Below the pieces are notes generated by a model, which did not search any database, was not told the DNA's origin, and saw nothing but the letters and a program-made list of their open reading frames with translations. DNA of 64,000 nt from Fimicolochytrium jonesii. Taxonomy: Eukaryota. Position 1 is the first letter of the stretch, and each line of letters starts with the position of its first letter. Of the stretch, positions 35,124 to 48,700 are shown one piece after another. The position numbers and the translations under genes are program-made. The DNA lies in the NCBI RefSeq assembly GCF_025526975.1, contig NW_026515678.1, positions 124,001 through 188,000 of the forward strand, given 5' to 3'.

Positions 35124-38100
35124 ATGAAATTCATCAAACGCCAGAAACTCGACACTTCGGCAAACAACGTAACCGCCGCCAGCAATGTCGTCGACGAGGC
35201 GACTGGACTCAGCGAGCAGGACTACCACTCGCTCGGTGTCGACGATCTTCTCTCCAAGTTCGGCATCTCCGACCGGAGCAAAGGCCTGTCGCATAAGGAG
35301 GTCGAGGTGCGGCTTGAACGGTACGGCTTTAATCTGCTGTCTGGAGATGGAGGTGTGTCTCCGTGGAGGGTGCTGCTTAGGCAGTTGCTGAATGCTCTTA
35401 CCTTTGTTCTGATGTTGGCTGCGGTAATTTTACCATTAATGCACGTAATGTATGGCTTTGTCGATCTGCCGACGCTAATTCATTCCTTCCCGCACAGGTC
35501 ATCTCCTTCGTGGTCCAAGACTTTGTCGAGGCCGGCGTCATCCTAGTCGTCATCATTCTCAACACCTCCATCGGCTTCTTCCAAGAATACAACGCCGAGA
35601 AAACCATGGAGACGCTCCGCCAAACCGCCTCCCCGACCGCAAAAGTCGTCCGCGGCAACGGCGGCGTCGACGCCATCGCCGCAAAGGATTTGGTTCCCGG
35701 CAACATCATCCACATTGCCGCAGGAGACTCGATCCCGGCCGACGCCCGGCTCATCGAAGTGCTCACACTCGAAGTGGATGAAGCGATGTTGACCGGCGAA
35801 TCGCTGCCCGTCGAGAAGAAGCATACTCGCATCCCGAACCCTGAACAGCCGCTCGCTGACCGGACCAATATGTGCTACCTAGGAACGAACGTTACCAAAG
35901 GACGCGCAACGGCCGTCGTCACCGCCACGGGCATGAACACGCAGATGGGCAAGATTGCAAAAAGCCTGATGTCTTCCGACGAAGATTCCGCGTCCACGCC
36001 TTTGCAGAAACGCTTGAATGTTCTAGCGATGATCCTCCTTGCGCTGGCGATCGTTTTGGCCATTATCGTATTTGCTGTCAACGATTTCGTGCTCTCTGCT
36101 GAAGCGGCATTGTATGCCGTGTCGGTCGGCATCGCCATGATACCCGAAGGCTTAGTGGCGGTGGTCACACTCACGATGGCTCTGGGAGTGAGGCGTATGG
36201 CTTTGCAAAAGGCCATCGTGCGAAAGCTGGCCGCCTTGGAGACTCTCGGCTCCGTTACGGACATTTGCTCCGACAAAACCGGCACGCTTACACAGGGGAA
36301 TATGGTACTCACAAAGGTGTATCTTCCAGACGAAGGATACTTCGAAGTGTCTGGCTCTGGCTTCAATCCCGAAGGTCATATCATCCCCGTCGAAGGGCCG
36401 GCGAACAAGATGACACTCGAGAACATGAGCGAAGGGTTCACTCGTCTCGTGCAGTGCGCTGCACTTTGCAACACAGCAAGCATCCACAAAGAAGAACAAG
36501 GCGATTTTGAGGCAGCAGAAAAGAACCAGGCGCCCGTGTGGAAGGGGTCCGGCGACCCTACCGAAGTCGCTCTGCAAGTATTCGCGCACAAGCTCCATGC
36601 AGGAGGCCCCGCACTGCTCCGCGGGCCCCTCAGCGATGACAAGGACGATCCTAGGACACACGGCGAGCAAGCCGACGAGACTCAGAGGGGCGACTGGACG
36701 GTCGAGAGCGAGTATCCGTTTGACTCGTCTTTAAAGCGCATGTCGGCTCTGTTGACTCACCACCCAACACAACAAGCCATTGTCTTTACGAAAGGTGGTC
36801 TCGAAAGCGTCTTGCCTCTCTGCACGCGCAGATGGGATGGCCGACTCGGCCACGCCGTCGACATCAACACCGCACAATACATGGAAGCTCTCCAAGACAA
36901 CATCTCGACCATGGCCTCGGAAGGCCTGCGGGTCCTCTCGCTCGCCTACAAGCCGTTCGGAAGCACGGCGAACGGTATACCCACCAATACCGCCCGTGAG
37001 GAAGTCGAGTGCGACTTGATCTTCATCGGGCTGGTGGGTATCAACGATCCCCCGCGAGCAGAAACAGCGCATGCCGTGGCGTCTTGTCACCGCGCAGACA
37101 TCACCGTGCGCATGTTGACCGGCGATCACCCCCAAACCGCCGCGGCCATCGCTCGCCGCGTCGGGATCCTGTCGCGCGAAGGAACTAGTGAAAGTCACAC
37201 GACTTTGCATGTGGACGGACCGTTTGATCAGCGCACTGGCGACGCTCGGGTGGTTTGGACCGGAACCGAGTTCGACGCTCTCTCTGACGCGCAGGTCGAT
37301 AAGATGGCAGAGTTGCCGCTTGTCATTGCGCGCTGCACGCCTCAGACCAAAGTCAAGATGATAGACGCCCTCGCTCGACGGAAGAAGGTTTCCGCCATGA
37401 CCGGTGACGGCGTCAACGACTCGCCTTCCCTGAAGCGTGCCCCAGTTGGGATCGCGATGGGACTCGGAGGCAGCGATGTTGCCAAACAGGCTGCCGCGAT
37501 CGTATTGACTGACGACAACTTTGCCACGATCGTCGGTGCCATCGCTCAGGGCCGGCGCATCTTCGCTAACATTCAGAAGTTTGCTCTTCACTTGATGACT
37601 ACCAACGTTTCCGAGGTGATTGCGCTGATCATCGGTTTGGCATTCAAGGACTCTGCTGGTCAGAGTGTCTATCCGCTTAGCCCGCTGCAGATCTTGTTCT
37701 TGAACATGATCACCAGTTCTCCACCTGCGATGGCACTTGGTATTGAAGAGCCGGAACCTCATCAGATGCGTTCCGCTCGGTACCGGGGTGGGCCACTCTT
37801 CACCAAAACCGTTCTTGCCGACATCTTTTTCTATGGGATCGTCATGGGGGTGAGTAGGCTGTTCATAAGAAATGTGCAAGTGACGGACGGACGTAAGGGT
37901 AACTAACATTTGCATCAGATCCTGAACTTGGGCGGATTTCTTTTGGTCATCTATGGGTTCGGAGACGGAAACCTCGGTGTCGAATGCAACCAAGCCCATC
38001 CATACAACGCCGAACTCGCCGAAGGATGCTCTACCGTCTACCGCGCTCGAGGAACCAGCTACTTGACTCTCACCTGGTTGATCCTGATCCACGCGTACGT

Positions 38101-38410
38101 GTGCCGACATCACTATCATTCCATCTTCCGCGGCGGCTTCCGCCAGATGATCACATCGAACAAGGCGCTCGCGTACACGTGCGTTTCCGGATTCCTTGTC
38201 GTCATTCCGACGCTTTACATTCCTGGAACAACTACAGTGTTCAAGCACTCGGGGCTTACTTGGGAGTGGGGAATCGTCGTCATTTCTTGCCTCGTGTACA
38301 TCGCCGCGGCGGAGGCTTACAAGTACGGATGGAGGCGCTGGTTGCGAAAGCGAGAGATGCTTACTGGTGATGGATTGGAAATGGAAAGAGTAGCTACCCA
38401 AGCCGTTTAA
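35124..38410 (+). CDS. ENA1: ENA-type (P2D) Na+/K+ efflux P-type ATPase
   Basis: LTGES, AMIPEGL, DICSDKTGTLTQG, MLTGDHPQTA, TGDGVNDSPSLK and LNMITSSPPAMALG; this combination is typical of fungal ENA ATPases. Confidence 0.9.
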
Positions 38411-38762
38411 AAAACAAAAGCATAAGCCTTGGTTGAGAGCCACATCTGAGCTATGTAGACAACCGAGAGAGCCGTCTTCACACATTTTTGTCGTCTGCTT
38501 TATCATTTACCTTTTGCGATGTCTATACCGATACATATATACCACATACATCGTCCACCCAAATTGAGACCTTGCTTTGGCGTCTCCCTCTTTCAGTAGA
38601 CGGTATAGATCGAACGGCAGCGTCCCAAATGGATCAAAAAAAAAGGGAAAATGTCCGGATGTCCAGAGTGTCCAGACGTCCGCCTCATCTCACGCGTTTT
38701 CCCCTCCATGAATTCTGAAGTTGCAAACTCAGGCTTGGGACCTTTTGTTCAAAGTTGCCGTA

Positions 38763-41117
38763 ATGTCGACAGACGTAGAGTGCCCGGTGTGCCACAAGAA
38801 CATCCCTCAGAGCACCATAAACCACCACCTGGACGCCGGCTGTCTTACAGATACTAATGGAAATAATGGGCGGGACTCGTTCAGCTCTGCTCCCTCATCC
38901 CAACGGAAACTGCAAACCACATTGCTTGGTCAACGAGGAGAGACCTCGCTCGCTCGCCCGACAAACCGTTCTACTTTGTCTACCCCGACTCCTAAGCGCA
39001 AGCGAGGAGACTCTGATAGTTTTCCAATCCTTGAGAAACTGCCGTCCCGACCAACGTCTGAGCTTCCTCCAACGCCAACGGCGAACGGCGTGAACGAGCC
39101 GGGAACTCGACGAGAGAAGCAGAACTCCCATGTGCCATTAGCGGATCTGGCACGCCCGGCTAGTTTGGATGATGTACAAGGGCATACAAACCTGATTGGA
39201 CCGGGAACATTGCTGCGATCGTTAATAGAGAATAATCGAGTGCCTAGCTTGATTCTATGGGGCCCTCCGGGATCTGGAAAGACCACGCTAGGTAGTATTT
39301 TCGTTCAGCGGGTGACCCTCGAGACGGAACGAGTCTAATGCCATTCTTCGGGTATAGCTAGGATCATCGGTAAGCAAACCGCGGAACTCCTCGGCCAGAC
39401 GTGACGTGATATTCACGATGCCTCAGCAAGGACGCAGAATACCCATTTTCGGGAGCTCTCCGCAACAATTCACAATGTTGCTGATGTTCGGAAGGCGGCA
39501 GAGGAGGCAAAGAATCACAGGCTATTGACTGGCCGGAAATCAGTCATCTTCCTTGACGGTTAGTTCAAACGCTGGTGCGCAAGCGACAAATACCGTTGGC
39601 TGACATGTTGTTTTGCAAATCAGAGATCCACCGGTTCACCAAATCCCAACAGGATTTCTTCCTTCCGCCCGTCGAGAAGGGAGAGTTCACTCTCATTGCA
39701 GCAACCACGGAGAATCCGTCCTTTCGAGTCAACAACGCGCTCCTCAGTCGATGTCGAGTGTTTGTACTTGGAAAGCTTGAGACTGACGATCTTGTTAAGG
39801 TTTTACGACGCGCTTTGTCCTTCAAGGTCACGGACGGCTCGGTGTCGGTCGCCGACAAGGTGCTGACCCATCTGGCCACAATATGTGATGGGGATGCTAG
39901 GGCTGCGATCAATGCATTGGAGATGGCAGTCAATTCAGCTACACTCGGTCGGAGCGAAAGAATTCCGGGAGGGGAGGGGGAGGACAGGGGGGCGCAGAAG
40001 GTTGAGATTTCCGAAAAGTCAATTTTGGAGGCACTGCAGAAATCATCTCTGATGTACGATCGGAATGGGGTAAGCCAATGCGCTGTCAGAGCTTGGATGG
40101 AACATGTCAACCTCACAGTCCATACACCCGCGGTCGCAGGATGAACACTACAACATAATATCAGCGCTGCACAAGGTATTGCGCATAATGATTTTGAATT
40201 GCCATATACCGACCCCTTTCTGAGCCCATTCGTCCCACAGAGTCTTCGCGGATCCGACGAAAACGCAGCACTTTATTGGCTCGGCCGCATGATTTACGCC
40301 GGTGAAGACCCGCTGTATGTGGCGCGACGACTCATTCGCTTCGCATCGGAGGATATCGGTTTAGCGGATAGCAACGCACTACCATTAGCGGTAGCGACGT
40401 ATCAGTCGTGTCAGATGATTGGCATGCCGGAATGTGATGCAATCTTGGCACATTGCTGTGTGGTATGTGGGGTATAATGTCGTCTCGTCGGGTGATGAGG
40501 TGGTGAAAAAGTGCGTTTCGGGACCAACCACCTAGCCTGCTCTTTGCAGTATATGAGTCGAGCACCCAAGAGCGTGGAAGTTTACAAAGCCATTAAGGTA
40601 AGGACAAGCGGATCCACGCCGTAGCGAGGTCTGACGGCGTTCACCGACCCATTGGAACAGCGCGTCAAACAAACAATCGAGAAGACAACAGCATACCCAG
40701 TGCCTTTACACATACGGAATGCCCCGACAAAGGTACGGCTCGAAAGAGAGTGTGTATGCCTCCACACGTTCTCTAATCGGTTCACGTCGCGCTTCTCATC
40801 TGCAGCTCATGAAGGAACTGGACTACGGAAAGGTGAGGAGACACACTGGCAGATTCCTTTCGCTACTCTCGTCCTTATGCGAACCATCTTGGTAGGGTTA
40901 CAAGTACAACCCGAATTACGCGGGCCCCGTACAACAAACCTACCTGCCTCCAGAACTACAGGGGACAAACTTCTTCGTGGAGGATGAGAAACTCGTTGAT
41001 GTCGATGTTGCAGAGACTGTCGCCGACGATGCAACCCATGTGATGCCTGGAAGTGGCTCGGGTGATATTCTTGCCATGGAGCCGGATTTGGAACATCTGA
41101 TGGATGCATCGGCGTAA
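38763..41117 (+). CDS. MGS1: AAA+ ATPase MGS1/WRNIP1 with N-terminal UBZ4 zinc finger
   Basis: [111 protein letters not shown]. Confidence 0.95.
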
Positions 41118-44100
41118 GGTCAGAGCGGGATTGTGGGATAGCAGCCGTGGTGGCGTATTTAAGGGCGGCTTGACGGCCGTGGATTCGGAGGCGGATGGCG
41201 GACAAGGCGGCCGTGCAAACGCGGACTGCCGCTCCGCCTCACACACGGTAAAACAAAGCTTTTTCCATCAGCACACGATTTCGTCTCCCATCTCCATTCC
41301 ATGATATCGAACACAGGCAAGCGTCGCGCTTATGTCAGAACGCGGCAGCGGCTTCCATTCTCCTCTTTTGTTGGGGACTGAAGAAACACGGCGTCCTGGC
41401 ATTTCGGAGTTGCCATAGTAGTCTTTCGTCGCGATTCTGGCTTCGAATCCTGGAAGCTGGAAACGCGCCGATGCCACGGTTAACATCGTACCCGGAAAGG
41501 AAGTTCAACCTTTTGAGCAGTGAGCACCCTGCTTGATCAGTGAGCGATTCAACGCGATATCAGAGCGCCAATCATGACCATTCAGCACATGCTGTATAAT
41601 TCGGCGAGTGCCTCATCGACATACGCGAGATGCGGCTTACTAGGTTAGCCATGTAGCGAACGACGATGCCAGGCCGAGGTCCTTTCCGCATCTTTGACAG
41701 TCAAACCTGATGTATGCATTCGTAGCAAACGTTCGTTGACCTGAAAGCAGTGGCCACACTCGTGATGTACTGTAGCTATGTTCTGTCCGAACATCGGGAT
41801 ACTGCCGTGACTGAAGAGGTGTTGCCGGATTTTGGGAAGCTGCGTCTACAACTCCGCTTTTTTGGCATCTGCGGTCGTTTCGTGACCTCACTGATCACAG
41901 GATGCCGAAAACGGGTTTTGCCGGACCCGGAACTGGGGTCACAATTCCATGTAACTCTTAATGTAAACTTGAGTTGTAAGGTAGTAAACTCGTTCCAAAC
42001 GTTGGATATCGCTTATGATCTACGATATAGGAATGGAGAGCACGAGAGCACCGGCGCGGAGCCTAATCGCCACCATCAGATTTTTTTTGCAGCTTTCAGC
42101 CGATGTTGGTGACCAGTGGCCCGTGGGGCGTGGACGTGGGGTGCGTGGCTTGAACTCCGAGCCAGGTCTTCCAAAAATGGCACAACTGATGAAAAAGCCT
42201 CGGATTTCGAAGGCGCCCGGACGGCGCGCATATAAAAGGAGCCGAGAGGAGTCTGGCCCCCTCGGAACGGCGAGAGCAGTGTGAATATACCCACCCGCCC
42301 CAGCCTCCCTCCATCGCTCCGGTTATTGGAAATGTCAAATCGTACGTTGTTGCGGCTTCATCATGAGCCCTTTATATAAAAGTTGCTGGCCGCGCCGACC
42401 TTCTTCGAAGACGTGTGTTCCCGCCTTCGCTCCGACTCTCACTCCCATAGTTCCCTCACTTTCTGAACATTCTGCGATCGGACGTCCTGGCGTTCTGGTC
42501 TCTCAGTCTATGATGGGAGCTGTGGAGAGAGATACTGGAGGTGGGACGCACGGAAGGAAGAAGGGTTGGTTTTCCACGGCCCTGCACATGATCAAGCCCC
42601 TCAACGATGGTTTGTCATTCCAACGAACTGTTGCAATCCGATACTGTTCTCTCCGACGACGTTTGCTTTTTCTGTCGAAAACTAGATACAGAGCTTCTCT
42701 GGGTGTCACTGCGCTACGTCCTTCATTTGTCTTTCCACACCTGTGTGCTCCTCTCCCGCCCACAGGTTCCGATCGCACAGATCGTTGGTGTGCAATATAT
42801 CAACACGTCCCTGGATTCATATTCAGCAGCACAACAACAGAGGAGTATATGGACAATCGCCCGGAAAGCGGCTGCTATCGCTGCCCAAAACAAGAACAAG
42901 AAGGACTCTCGGCCGGATCCTGTCACTTCCCTACACACTTTTCGCTCTGAGTGGATCCAGAGTCGTTTGATTAGGTCGGACACATGGGCGGTGGGGCCTC
43001 ACACGTAGCCCGATTAGACTCTCCTAAACCCCGGAACTCGCAAACCCAGAAATCAAAAAGCGATCGATGGCCCGCCCGCGAGATATTTGTGGAAACGAAA
43101 ACTCCGCCCGCAGCTGGAACCCACAGAACTTTGACAGTTCTTCTTCGTGTCTCCCTATGTGACGGCCATTTGGAAGGCTGAGGGGGTTCTACTCAGAAAA
43201 CGGGTGTCTTCCAGAATCCCCCTTTGACGCGTGGTTCTCTGGCCCGCCATTCCAAAGAATCTTTTCACTTCCATCTGGACCCCATTGTGAGGGGATTCAT
43301 CACCCACCAAACAATCGAACCTTAAACACGATCTAGGTCTGTCGCATGTTTGGACAGCTTTACCCTCCAGGGCCACATGGTAGGTAGATGGATAGGGAAC
43401 AAAGGAATTGCCGGCCGGGACCTAAGGGTACGATTCAACCACATATACCGCTGTTCAGCATATTCAGGCCGAGCGATGTTTATCGGCAATGGAATCTTAA
43501 ACGGGTTTTGCGCATTGACACGGCCTCCACTATTCTTCTTCATTCCCCCCTTCCTGATCCCCCCTTTTGTTGAGGCGGGCTGTTGTCCCCTTTGTTGTTC
43601 ACCCCTATTTTTGGCTTACGCGTTCAGCGCGCCCTCGGCTCTGGCGCTTACGGGCCTGCGCATCCACTGACGCTTGGCTGCAATCCAGGGCATGCAGACT
43701 ATCTGGATTTTGGCAGCTTGCAGCTGTCCAAGAAGGGTCTCCACGATCGGGAGCAATTCGTAATATATTTGCGCTGCAAAGTATCGACCCGTGAAGCCAA
43801 CGTTGTTTGCTCCCGCGGAGAACAATAATGCGCGCAGCCTTGGCTCATTTCCCGCATATCTCGCCTCTTTTAACGCAATACACCACTCGACCAACCCCCA
43901 TTATCCTCCATCGCTCTTCATAATCGATTGAGGTTGCGTGTGAGGGACAGGAAGCTGGAAACGCTCGTCGGTCGACCGACATCGAACGCATAAAGGTTTG
44001 CAGCTGAGAAGCGGGCGACATAGCAGACACCCCCATTCATAAACAGACGCCCCATTGACCAGATCCGCCGTCCTCAGTGCGGGATCTTGCGAAACCTTCG

Positions 44101-44451
44101 GCTCCGTCCCCAAGTCCCTCGCACCTGGAGATTGAAATTCCTTAAAACCCGCAACGGACTTTGTTTACGCGTCCATAGCACTCGCAAATCCCATTCACCT
44201 GCTCTGACATCAAATCTGCATGCAACATCGTGGTCCCGCCGTCCTTTGTCTGAACGACATACACAAATCTCACGGTACAAAGGACTACGTATCGACCTCG
44301 TATTATCGTACCATCGTCGTGCGGTAATAACGAGGCCTAGAACGCTCTCGCTCTCCACAACGCCTAGCTGAACACGGCGTACACACGCGTGCCCCTTCGA
44401 CCTCGAACCCAACCAGCTTCTTTCGAAGAGTCATCCCGCATCTTTTGAGAA

Positions 44452-46841
44452 ATGTATCAACGCAAAAAGCAGAAGGTTGGCCCGCCTTCGCTACCCTCAC
44501 GCATCTCTGCGGCCGTCGGCGGCTGGACCAAGAGCAACAGCAACAGCCACCATGGCAGTCACGCTGACCTCGACACCGTTCAGCGGGACGAGAGGCGCGG
44601 CAGCGTCGTTGGGAGCCCGTTCTCCGACGCCGCTGGTGCCCTCAGTGGCATGGACATCCAGTCGCCCGTGGACGACACCATCGTTGTTGACCATGAGGAC
44701 ATGGAAGTTGATCCGCTCGACCGATCCGTCAACGCTGCCGAGCTCCATCGCCAGCTGTCTACCTTGCAAAGCAAGGATGATCTCTATGACGTTGAGAAGC
44801 CTCCTCAAGCGACAACGGCTGGCAGCGACAGCATCTTGACTGCCAATTACGAGCGGGACCATGTAAGTTGTTGTGCTTGACAGTTGTTTGGTGTGGGGGT
44901 TGGAAAATGTGACAGCGTGCCCTGAGGCTGCGCACAAACCTGTTTGAAATTGACACCATATTGACCGCGTTTGTCATGCCTTTCTTTTCCGTTTCGGCCC
45001 CCACACAGACATTCGAAGATGCTATGGAAGCTGCAAGCTCGGCCTCCAAGATCTTTCCTGAACAGCTGCACCCTGTCCTCGAGGGCGCCTCGGCTCTCAA
45101 TCAGAACATGTCACGCTCCCTCAGCGACTCGAGTCTTCCCACCTCTCGTCGCGCATCGATCACGGCGGACATGCTTTCCATGCTTTCCATGGCCTCCGGC
45201 CGTGACAATGCCGCCATGATCCGTTCATCTCGCAGGGGCTCGATGATACCCGCCCCTACGCCTTTGCAAGGTCTGGGAATCGGTACCGCGCCCCAGTCGG
45301 ATACGACGCTGGCGAGCCAGTCGCGAGTGTCCTCCAAGGCTAATGTGGAAGAGACCGGACAGACGTACAAGGTTCCGACGGGGTACTACCCGCTACTCAT
45401 TCCGGCTCATGTGCCCAGGAATGCAGAGTTGCTGGTCAATCTCGTCAACGTCGGCGCTATGTTCCCGCCTCTGGCGACCAGAGTGGCCTCTGGGGATGAC
45501 AAGCTCACAAAGGTATGCGTCGAATCATCCTCTCCATACAGGATTGCTACGTCTGGCTGAGCTTGCCAACCTAACCGACATTCACTCCGTTAGGTGGGAG
45601 AGAATGCGAACACTTCGTCTGAGCCGGCTGTGTACAAGCAGTCGACGACCAAGCCGAAGAAAGCTCCCAGGCCTCCAAACTCGTTCATCATCTATCGAAC
45701 TGAGAAGCAAGACGAGGTTCTTCGACTGCATGAAGGCATTACGAACAACGAGGTGAGTAGCACTTGTAGCTGTCACCAGCTTGCATCGAGAGTGTTGGTG
45801 CCGATAAATTTCCCAATCCTTTCATTCGTTAATCTGCAGGTGTCTCGAGTCATTGGGAGGATGTGGGCCGAAGAGCCGCAGAGCGTCAAAGATGAATACA
45901 AGGTGAAGGCGGAGGAAGCCAAACGATTGCACACCATGGCCTTCCCAGACTACAAATACACGCCCCGCAAGACCACCAAACCTGGCAAGAAGGCCGTTGC
46001 CACCGCAAATGCCCTCGCGATGCAGAACCATGTAGACAAGGGAAAGAGCGGCAAGAAGCGGAGCAACTCTGAGGAAGCTGACGATCGCCGACCGTCCAAC
46101 GCGAGTGGGGCCAGCACCGGTCGCTCGCAGCGTCACATGAGCATTCCTGACTCGAGGCATAGCTCCGTCGCACACATTGACGGCCAGTCGCGGTCGTCGC
46201 GGTCCCCAAGTCTGCACAGCGTGTCGAGGCGAAGCGTCAGCTTCCTCCCCCAGGAGGGACTCTCCTACGGCCATCACATGCCTCCGCCGCCCCATAGAAC
46301 CTTCTCGTTGGGCGGCGCCGGCGGGCGTGGGAGCATGTCCGGCTCGGTGCCTAGTTCCGGCATTGACACCAACGGAAGCCCCGGCAGCCTTCCATACACC
46401 AACTGGGCTCCCCAACGGCCCGGTGAAGCTCCGGGTGCTTACTCGCATTATCCGTACGGACACACTCCCTACGGTCATTCGGCTGCGTTGCCTCCTCCAG
46501 GCCCCCACCAAGCTTCTGCTGGCAGCACGCACTATCCGTACATGGGTCATTATCCTGGGCAGCAGTACCCATACCCTGGCGGACCTGGGCAATCCACTAT
46601 GCCGCAGGTGCAGTCACCGCAGCCGCACCTGGGGCACCCGATCCAGCCGGTGCAGCAGGCGACACAGCAGGGGCAATCTGGTCAGCTCGCGTCATCTTCC
46701 CTCACCCAACAGCAACAGCAGGAGATGGGACGCTCCCCTTATGCCAACAACCATTCATACCCTGCACCTTATGGCGCGACGCCGCAACAATACCCTCCGC
46801 GAGGACCCCCATACCCTGGCTACGCATATCATGGGCACTAG
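44452..46841 (+). CDS. MATA/SOX-type HMG-box transcription factor
   Basis: KKAPRPPNSFIIYRTEKQ..ITNNE|VSRVIGRMWAEEPQSVKDEYKVKAEEAKRLH..FPDYKYTPRK; low-complexity Ser-rich and Pro/Gln/Tyr-rich flanks. Confidence 0.88.
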
Positions 46842-48700
46842 TCTGAGTGCTCTACTAGTATCAGGTTGTCAACCTTGCACACTTACCGTCTTTGAAAGAT
46901 ATTAACGGAATTCTGCGATGCGCCATGGAAATTTTGGGCTCAACTAGTTGATTTGTGATTGTTAGTTTTCGTTTTGTACTACAATATATATTGCCAAGAA
47001 CAGCTTGGCTATTCTTTTGGAACAATAATGTCTCTTTTCGCATCGATTTTGGATATTTCTTGCTGTTTTTGCTAGATTGGCATATCAGACGATAATAGGG
47101 CGATTAGTGCCGGAATGCTACACTGGAGAAACAGCGCAGGATATTCCAGGCAGCCGGATCCATCCGCTCCCACCGTCGTTTTTTTGCGTACCTGTCCTGG
47201 TGCTGTGTAGCGATGTTTTCGAAGATTTTTGCGATCCTGTTATATATGTGGAACTTTGGATGTCATCAAAAGGCGTAGGGATGTGAAGATTGTGAGATCG
47301 AAGGCAACCATCGCTGAATCCGGTCAAACTGACATCGCCTTCGAATCGTCTGCTGCAGTTTTGTCCAAGAGCGACGTCCAAAAGTGCAGGTTATCCTTCG
47401 TCGCCGCTTTCCAGATATCCATCCGATTGTTTCCTATCCGTTTCGTATTAGCTCGAAGCAGTTTGAACCGACAAATGGCACGTGAAGACACGTGATGTAT
47501 AAAGCGGAAGGAAACGGAGGGAAACCCGGACTGCCCCGGCCACACCCGAACCCTCGTGCTCATGGCCGCCAATCACTTCTCAGTGTGACCGTCGCCAATT
47601 TTTGACTTTTGGCGTCTCATCGCTGCACCAACGTCTTCCCTTCTCGCAGGAAGGACCCGCTTTGCCAAAGGAATGTGAATCCATGTTTTTCGGAGGGCGA
47701 CCCGGCATCAACCGCAGCCAGAACCCTGTTTGGTAACTTTAGTTGTTGCAGATTTGCCGCCAGAGCGAGCGGAGAGAGAGAGAGAGAGCGAGCCCCCTTC
47801 GTCAAGTGACCAGGCAAATCCGCCGATCGCCACTCATTCGCCAGTGGAGTGATGAATTTGACATGTGGGCGGTGGCCGCCGAGGGAAATGTACTGAATGG
47901 TGATGACGAAGGAGCCCATCCTGCCCGGCGCCCGCGATACACCGCCTGCAGCATGAGGGGGGCGGCTTCCGGCTTCAAGAGATGGCATCTCACACGGCAT
48001 GACTTGCTTTGCTTCCCACGCGCGCGCGTTCACCTCACCCTCATCCCCCGGCCTCACCCTGCCATGCATCATGCAAAGAGTCATCCATAAAGCGTTGTGG
48101 ACGACTCCCAAAAGCGGAGTGGAATACAAAAGACGTCCTTTCCAAAAGACAGCCCTCCCTGAGAACCTTTCGCCTTGAACCCTTTGCTTGCCCGTCATCG
48201 TTACCTGTCCTCTGCTTCCTGTTCGCGCTGCAAGTTACCGCCATCTTCCCCAAGATATACTGTACTGAGCCCAATTCCCACCGCCTGAGCTGATATCAAC
48301 TGGCGAGCACGCGTATAAAGTCCTCAGCACAGCCCTGTACATTACAGTAAATTGACCTCCAACTACGAAGCATCTTGCACTAGCGCACATACTCGGGGTT
48401 GTCGCATTCTTCACAGGAACAGCCGCAAGGTAAGCGTCGCCGTCGCCGTTTGCGCCATTCTCCCCGCCGTCGCCGTCGCCGTTTGCTTTGCGGCCTTTTC
48501 CCAGTTCGCACCGATTTTCCCCCGATGCGGAACGACGACACACGCCCAATTCGAATTTGAGCTTAACCTTCCCTCCCCGTTCCTCTTTTTCTTTCGAAAT
48601 AGTACAGAACGCGTGAAAATCCTCTGCATCGTTTCCGCCATCGTCCATTCCGACCTCCACACAAAGCATTCCCACGACTTCAAAACTGCCAATATCAACC

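Noticed and set aside
36731..38506. 591-aa minus-strand ORF
   Set aside because: Antisense shadow of the ENA ATPase coding sequence; no recognisable motifs.
42363..43008. Short ORFs downstream of TATA-like motifs in the long intergenic region
   Set aside because: No recognisable domain or consistent exon structure; a small gene cannot be excluded.
44452..46841. Mucorales-type sex locus
   Set aside because: The flanking genes are MGS1 and SFC1, not the triose-phosphate transporter and RNA helicase that flank the Mucorales sex locus.
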